Assembly: GCF_024399475.1 (NCBI RefSeq)
Contig: NZ_CP101620.1
Location: 701,608-725,607 of the forward strand
Direction: 5' to 3'
DNA: 24,000 nucleotides
Origin: Allocoprobacillus halotolerans
GTDB lineage: Bacteria; Bacillota_I; Bacilli_A; Erysipelotrichales; Coprobacillaceae
The position numbers and the translations under genes are program-made. How positions within the stretch are numbered: the stretch's first letter is position 1; each line of letters begins with the position of its first letter. Positions 16,344-24,000 of this stretch are shown piece after piece. The notes below the pieces were generated by a model, which had not been told where the DNA came from, ran no database searches, and was given only the letters and a program-made list of their open reading frames with translations.

Positions 16344-16378
16344 AATATTCCTTATCGTTATGATACATGTTTTTATTT

Positions 16379-17020
16379 TTATATTATTCCTGCTTCTTTT
16401 AATATCTTACGTATATGCTCATGAAAAGTTAAAGATAGATTTTCTCTATAATATCTAAATCCTTTATAAGCAATTGATTGATAATCTATCTGATTATTAC
16501 GCATGATTCTTTCAGCATTTTTAATTGCCTTTTTAACATCTTCAAGACTCAGCATACTTAACACTTTTAAAAAATTAGCTTCTTTTTTATATTTATCTAA
16601 TGATTCAAAAGTTGTACCAAAACATTCATTAATCAAATCAAGATATTCTCTTCTATGATTAAAATGTCTATTCACATATTTCTTGTAAAGGATCATCCAA
16701 AGTTCAAAGCAAAAGTTAGAGTATCCTAAACGATACTGAATATGTTTCGTTTTTTCTGCCTTTTTCATATGATCTAAAGTATGTTTAAAACTTCCTTCGT
16801 TTTGAATTTCCTCAAAATCAAATGTGTGAACAATTTCATTGACTTTCCATGTATTTAATTTTTTTACCATTTTCATAGGAGATTCGACTCTTGCGATTAT
16901 TTTCACTTGACTTTGTGCCTCTTCACTTTCTAAAATCATATTTTCTAGCCATTTAAGATACAACACTTCAGTAGGTGCTTCAACACTAAAATAATATTTA
17001 TGAGTTTCCCATTTCCTCAT
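16379..17020 (-). CDS. RloB-like (Toprim-like) protein, partner of the upstream ABC-type ATPase remnant
   Basis: The N-terminus MRKWETHKYYFSVEAPTEVLYLKWL resembles the RloB ilivcEGekTE..Yf motif, with E and TE retained. AAGGAGG SD 9 nt before ATG 17020. The family call is from memory of the motif, not from a search. Confidence 0.5.
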   Translation of the reverse strand: MRKWETHKYYFSVEAPTEVLYLKWLENMILESEEAQSQVKIIARVESPMKMVKKLNTWKVNEIVHTFDFEEIQNEGSFKHTLDHMKKAEKTKHIQYRLGYSNFCFELWMILYKKYVNRHFNHRREYLDLINECFGTTFESLDKYKKEANFLKVLSMLSLEDVKKAIKNAERIMRNNQIDYQSIAYKGFRYYRENLSLTFHEHIRKILKEAGII

Positions 17021-17036
17021 CTTGTGCTTCCTCCTT

Positions 17037-18137
17037 TTAAGAACCATTTAAAATTTTTTCAAATATTGGATAAAAATCTATATCCTTTACAGCTCCATAT
17101 CTTCCAAGAAAATAATGTTTCATATAATCTTCTACTTTTCTCACACCTTTAGCTCCTGATGTCTTGAAATCAGATAATGAATAATTGGTACTAAGATGTG
17201 TATCATCATCTCTTTCTACAAATTTAATTTCATCTCTTCTGAATAGACTAGAATTTAAGAAAATAGGATTATGCGTATTAAAAATAAGTTGAGCATGATT
17301 CCTGTTGATGTCATCATCATGAAAAAGATTGATAATATTCATTAATGCCATAGGATGAATATTCGCATCAAATTCATCAAGAACCAAAATCGCACCACTG
17401 ACCAATGCTTTCATAATCAACGGAAACATATTTATAAATCTAACAGTTCCATAGGATTCAAATAACTCTGCCGGTATAGCCTTTTGCTTATCTCTAAAAA
17501 TCGAACAAAGTTTTGCCTCGTTTCTATCCTTTTGAACAACATATCCCAAATCATTTGAATTTATACCAAAAATCTTAGCGACTTCATTAGTTGTTGTTTC
17601 AATATATACAGCGTTGTTTTTTGAATCTGATATTTTTTTATGGATTTCCATAGCATCTGCTCTGTAAACAACCATAAATTTTTCTTTAAACCAATCTGTA
17701 ATTAGATTCGTTAATTCTGAACTGAACATGATCTTAAATCCATTTGTCAAAAAGTTCCTTAGAATTCAATATATTTCTAGCTAAATCGCTTGCACTTTCT
17801 TCATTCTGTGTAAAGTTTCTAACCATATATTTTTTTATTCCCTCCATATCAAAAAACTCAATATTTGTTCCTCTATGATAGATAGGTTTTTTGTTGATAC
17901 TGAGTCCTTCAAAAGAATCTCTCTATCATCATTTTCCTGAAGAAATAATCCTAAATCCAACTTCAATTCATACTCAATCAAGATTCCATTTTCTGTAAAT
18001 CTAATATAAAATTCTGTTGGTTGAGCCACTTCTAGCGTGTTATTGGGAATCAATTCTAAATTTGCAACGGACAGATTAAAAGAAGAAACATTTTCTGCAT
18101 TCTCAATATTTCCTTTTATATGATGTATATATACTTT
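17037..18137 (-). pseudogene. AAA_21/ABC-type ATPase (RloA/AbiLi-like), 5'-truncated with no P-loop, carrying two compensating homopolymer frameshifts
   Basis: The C-terminal part is intact: GAILVLDEFDANIHPMAL (Walker B/D-loop) and IFNTHNPIF (H-loop). The reading frame goes A (18137-17912), then B (17912-17755), then back to the A phase (17750-17037). No GxxxxGK[ST] motif in any frame upstream to 18398. Confidence 0.6.
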
Positions 18138-18318
18138 TCAACTATATTCAAAATGTCAAAATAACAAGAAATCATTATTTTATTATTGCCATTTTATGCC
18201 ATCTGGTCACAATGACCTGTCAAACGTACTATAGAGTAGGTAGTCCTACAATTTCATAATCAACAGTACAAATTAAAAAACAGAATATTAAACATGTCAA
18301 ACTCTCAACTGCAGGTAT

Positions 18319-18343
18319 AAAAAAACAGGAAGGTATTTCTTCC
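18319..18343 (-). terminator. Terminator-like hairpin after the P-loop/PD-(D/E)XK gene
   Basis: On the minus strand, GGAAG-N6-CTTCC followed by TGTTTTTTT. Confidence 0.45.
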
Positions 18344-18398
18344 CATATTAATTTAGAATCTAAAACCCCAGAACCCCGAGTTATTTTAGATTACCAAT

Positions 18399-20043
18399 TC
18401 ACTTTTCCTGCCATTCTATCGCTGCATCCTTACCGTGATGTGCAAGCCCTATATAAACAACTTTTCCTTTTATTTCTATATCATATTGTCTATCTCTAAT
18501 CTGTTCTACTGCCTGTTTGGCAACTGTCTGTAATCTTTCCTGACTGGTTTCATTGTCTCTAATATACTTAAATTCAAATACAAAGGATGTCTTGTTTTCA
18601 TCTTTTGACTGTAAAACGATATCACATCTGCCTTTGCCTACTTCTCGATTACTGATGATTTTATAATCATTCTTCAGCCATGCACACATCCCTAGAAATA
18701 AAACATGATAGCTGTTTTCATCTTTTAAATCATGATATGATGGCAATGTCATAAGCAGTTTCTGATATCTGATTTCAAATGACTTCTGTTCTTCATCAAT
18801 CAATGCATCAAACAAATCGCTCAGTTCTGTATCCGACACTTTGAGATAGTAAGATGTCAAATCCTGAAATTCCTTTTGAACTTCTTGGTTTGGTATACGT
18901 ATAATATATTTATTTTGATCAAAAGAAATCGTTTTATCAATTGTAAGATATCCTGCATTGATTAGCAGCCCCCATAGACTGGCTGTCGTATTGGCTTCAA
19001 AAAAGCTGGTTTCCATACGGACCTGTGTTTTAAGTTCTCCATTTTCAACAAGTCTTTCATATCCTTCATTAAAGACTTCATCGGCACTTTTCATGGCTTG
19101 TTTAATCATTGAATTGCTGCTGGTATTGACCCAGTATGATTTGAGTTTTCCAGAAGCTGCATAACCTAATATTGACCATGGATTATAGATCTGAAGATTA
19201 CCAAAATGATAGCCATTATACATTGCTTTGACTTTATCATTCAATTCCAAATCATAATATTCTAATAGTTCTTTAACTTCCAATTCTGTAAATCCAAAAT
19301 ACTGAGAATAATCTTCATCAGCAACGGTATTTACCACTAGATTATTCAAATCACTGAATAGATTTTCTTTAGCCACTCTTTGGATCCCTGTCAACATGGC
19401 ATATTGTAAGCTGTCTGATGATTTTAACGCTTGATGAAGCATAGAGGACAGATTTTCTCTAATCTCATTATAAAATCCATTGACATGAGCTTCAATAAAC
19501 GGAGTATCATATTCATCAATAAATACCATAACCTTTTTATGATAATATCTTTCCATTCGTTCCATCAAAAAAGACAAAGCATTCTCTATACCATTAGCAC
19601 TACCATTATTGTATTGAGCTAAGCTTTCCATTATTCCCTTATATATTATCATATCAAATTCATCTAAATCTTGAAAAAGATGCTTATTTAATTGATAAAG
19701 TTTAATTAAATTCTGTTTAATAGAACTTATAATACTAATTTTATTCCCTTTTGCGTTTGCAAAGGAAAGAAAAATAGTTGGATATTGATTCATTTCAGAA
19801 GCATATTCTGTTTTTATGATTTTAGTATCCTTAAAAGTTCTTTTGAATCTTTTGTAATATCAAAGAAATCTGCCATCATAGACATATTGATGGTCTTTCC
19901 AAATCGTCTTGGTCGTGTGATTAAAGTGACTTCATTTCCTTTATCCAAGTAGTCTTTAATCATCAGAGATTTATCGACTACATAATAATTTCCAGTTTTT
20001 AATTTTTCATAGCTTTTTTGACCTAATGGAACTCTTTTTTCAT
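18399..20043 (-). pseudogene. Predicted AAA-ATPase (PF09820-like) fused to a PD-(D/E)XK nuclease domain (PDDEXK_9-like), interrupted by two 1-nt homopolymer frameshifts
   Basis: N-terminus NYYVVDKSLMIKDYL...TLITRPRRFGKTINMSMMADFF (P-loop GKT) and C-terminus GRCDIVLQSK...FVFEFKY (D...ExK). The SD-supported ATG at 20041-20043 is out of frame with ORF 19814-20056, which is out of frame with ORF 18399-19793. Confidence 0.75.
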
Positions 20044-20068
20044 ATAGCCACCTCACTTTTCTAAACCC

Positions 20069-20077
20069 ATTATAACA
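20069..20077 (-). promoter_or_regulatory. Extended -10 promoter TGtTATAAT for the P-loop/PD-(D/E)XK gene
   Basis: The reverse complement of 20069-20077 is TGTTATAAT. It lies about 25 nt upstream of ATG 20043 and its GAGGTGG SD. Confidence 0.5.
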
Positions 20078-20185
20078 TATTCGCTAATCTCTTTCAGTAA
20101 GTATTTGTCTTTTATATTTTCGTAATATCATTCATTTTCATATCTTTAACATGGATAATCTTGAATTCAAAAAACAACATTTGAT

Positions 20186-20213
20186 AAAAAAAGAGCCAAT
20201 ATTTCGTTGACTC
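20186..20213 (-). terminator. Rho-independent terminator of the dehydratase-eda-kdgK-bglA operon
   Basis: On the minus strand, GAGTCAA-CGAAATA-TTGGCTC (7 bp, one G-U pair) followed by TTTTTTT. Confidence 0.6.
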
Positions 20214-20224
20214 AATCTATATAA

Positions 20225-22653
<2,429 letters not shown>

Positions 22654-22654
22654 A

Positions 22655-23296
22655 TTATCTTGCCTCTTTCACTGCCTGTACATATTGAGCGGCAACACGC
22701 GTAATTTCATCCCATTGCCCTTTAGCTCCAAGTTTATTTAATTCGCCACCAACACCAACAGCGTCAACACCGGCATCAAACCATTGTTTCACGTTGTCCA
22801 CTTTGACACCACCAGTGACCATGATAGATGCCTGTGGTAATGGTGATTGAATCGCACCGACATAACTTGGTCCAAAAGCACTACCAGGAAATAATTTAAT
22901 CAATTCACTTCCCACTTCCATCGCTGTCACAATTTCTTTGATTGTCATACATCCCGGAACATAAGGAACACCATAACGATTACATAATATCGCTGTATCG
23001 TTATCAAATGATGGTGATACAATGTATTTCGCACCTGCTAAAATTGCATTTCTAGCTGTTGGCGCATCCAAAACAGTTCCTGCACCAATTAAAACTTCGG
23101 GATTATCCTGATACATGGCATTCAATTCTTTAATAATCTGTGATGCATTGGCATTGGTATAAGCCATTTCAATAGCTGTCAATCCTCCTTGAATACATGC
23201 CTTAGAAATGGCAATCCCTTCTTCTAAACTTTCTCCTCTAATTACAGCGACAACACCCTGTTGTCTTAAACAAGTTAATACTTCTGATTTTCTCAT
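22655..23296 (-). CDS. eda: KDPG/KHG aldolase (2-dehydro-3-deoxy-phosphogluconate aldolase)
   Basis: GVVAVIRGESLEEG, IEMAYTNA, the Schiff-base Lys context ELIKLFPGS. GGGAGGTG SD. Start ATG 23296 rather than the track start 23350. Confidence 0.85.
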   Translation of the reverse strand: MRKSEVLTCLRQQGVVAVIRGESLEEGIAISKACIQGGLTAIEMAYTNANASQIIKELNAMYQDNPEVLIGAGTVLDAPTARNAILAGAKYIVSPSFDNDTAILCNRYGVPYVPGCMTIKEIVTAMEVGSELIKLFPGSAFGPSYVGAIQSPLPQASIMVTGGVKVDNVKQWFDAGVDAVGVGGELNKLGAKGQWDEITRVAAQYVQAVKEAR

Positions 23297-23586
23297 CAAC
23301 CATACACCTCCCATAAATTTGCAAATAAAACAATCATATAAATGATACACACAGCTGTTTGTATACCTTTTTCTTGAGCATTAAATGGTGAATCTTTTTT
23401 CCAGATACGATACAATGCATAAGGTGGAAAAACAATATCAAAGATATAGGTTATAATTTTATATTTGGTAAAAACATGAATATCATTTGGATCAGGTGCA
23501 TTTAGTTTTTCACGTAGACGAATGATATTCTTTTGTCTTTCTGTTAATCCATCCATTTTATCTTTCTTAACTTTTTTTGTTGCCAT
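23296..23586 (-). CDS. Small (96 aa) predicted 2-TM membrane protein of unknown function
   Basis: Basic N-terminus [20 protein letters not shown] followed by two hydrophobic segments. 1-nt overlaps at both ends (TAATG with the dehydratase, TGATG with eda) argue that it is translated. Confidence 0.5.
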   Translation of the reverse strand: MATKKVKKDKMDGLTERQKNIIRLREKLNAPDPNDIHVFTKYKIITYIFDIVFPPYALYRIWKKDSPFNAQEKGIQTAVCIIYMIVLFANLWEVYG

Positions 23587-24000
23587 TATTTCATATATCC
23601 ACCTTTCATTGGAGAAACTGCATGCTCAGAAAAGATTTTTAAAACACCATCTTGATATCGACTTTGGAAAGGTTTTAAATGTTTTCTTCTTTCTTCCAAT
23701 ACTTTTTGAATATCCTCTTCGCTCATCTTCTGACCATGTATGCCACATATACGTAAGATACGTTTTGGAATATTGATTTCAATTAAATCACCATCTTCCA
23801 CTAAGGCAATTGGTCCTCCTGAAGCCGCTTCAGGTGATACATGTCCTATTGCTGGGCCTTTAGAAGCTCCTGAAAAACGACCATCAGTGATTAAAGCAAT
23901 GCTTGAGCCTAATGTTTCATCTGAGGCAATCGCTTCTGTTGTATAGAACATTTCAGGCATGCCACTTCCTTTTGGCCCTTCATAACGGATAAACACAGCA
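23586..24000 (-). CDS. IlvD/Edd-family dehydratase, C-terminal part (5' end beyond the window)
   Basis: [16 protein letters not shown] and [25 protein letters not shown] are IlvD/Edd signatures. The frame is open to base 24000. Confidence 0.85.
   Translation of the reverse strand, partial: AVFIRYEGPKGSGMPEMFYTTEAIASDETLGSSIALITDGRFSGASKGPAIGHVSPEAASGGPIALVEDGDLIEINIPKRILRICGIHGQKMSEEDIQKVLEERRKHLKPFQSRYQDGVLKIFSEHAVSPMKGGYMK

Noticed and set aside
18363-18382. CCCCAGAACCCC (GGGGTTCTGGGG on the minus strand), a GC-rich blip just after the nuclease-gene stop
   Set aside because: It has only two G-tracts, so it is not a G-quadruplex. It is not self-complementary, so it is not a hairpin. No second copy occurs in the window.

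Overview
AT-rich chromosomal segment typical of a low-GC Gram-positive (Bacillota) genome, judged from AGGAGG/GAGGTG Shine-Dalgarno sites, PTS systems and a LicR-type regulator. About 90% is coding, mostly on the minus strand. No rRNA, tRNA, CRISPR array, transposase or integrase was seen. Layout, left to right: (1) a housekeeping and sugar-related block, 1-8270: LacI regulator, PAP2-like membrane protein, YihX-like HAD hydrolase, DUF1461/TIGR01906 membrane protein, trmL, rdgB, aroE, ChbG/YdjC deacetylase, maltose O-acetyltransferase coupled to an unusual double-length PTS-IIB-domain protein, and a D-2-hydroxyacid dehydrogenase. (2) A long, tightly coupled minus-strand operon, 16203 down to 8272: LicR/MtlR-type PRD regulator, M42 peptidase, PTS IIA, IIB and IIC (lactose/cellobiose family), M24 Xaa-Pro peptidase, MalY/PatB C-S lyase and an RDD membrane protein. 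(3) A roughly 3.7 kb accessory islet, 16379-20077, holding two NTPase+nuclease modules: a decayed AAA_21-type ATPase with an intact RloB/Toprim-like partner, and a frameshifted P-loop + PD-(D/E)XK protein. (4) A sugar-acid and beta-glucoside operon, 24000 down to 20225: IlvD/Edd-family dehydratase, a small membrane ORF, eda, kdgK and a GH1 6-phospho-beta-glucosidase. Items most worth follow-up: the PTS-peptidase-lyase operon, which has no known substrate; a convergent 25-aa hydrophobic ORF and promoter/terminator-bounded sRNA candidate hidden in the 5530-5910 gap, with type I toxin-antitoxin-like geometry; the NTPase/nuclease islet; and five homopolymer-associated frame disruptions, one in housekeeping rdgB and four in the islet. 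These must be resolved as sequencing error or real decay before any pseudogene call is trusted.
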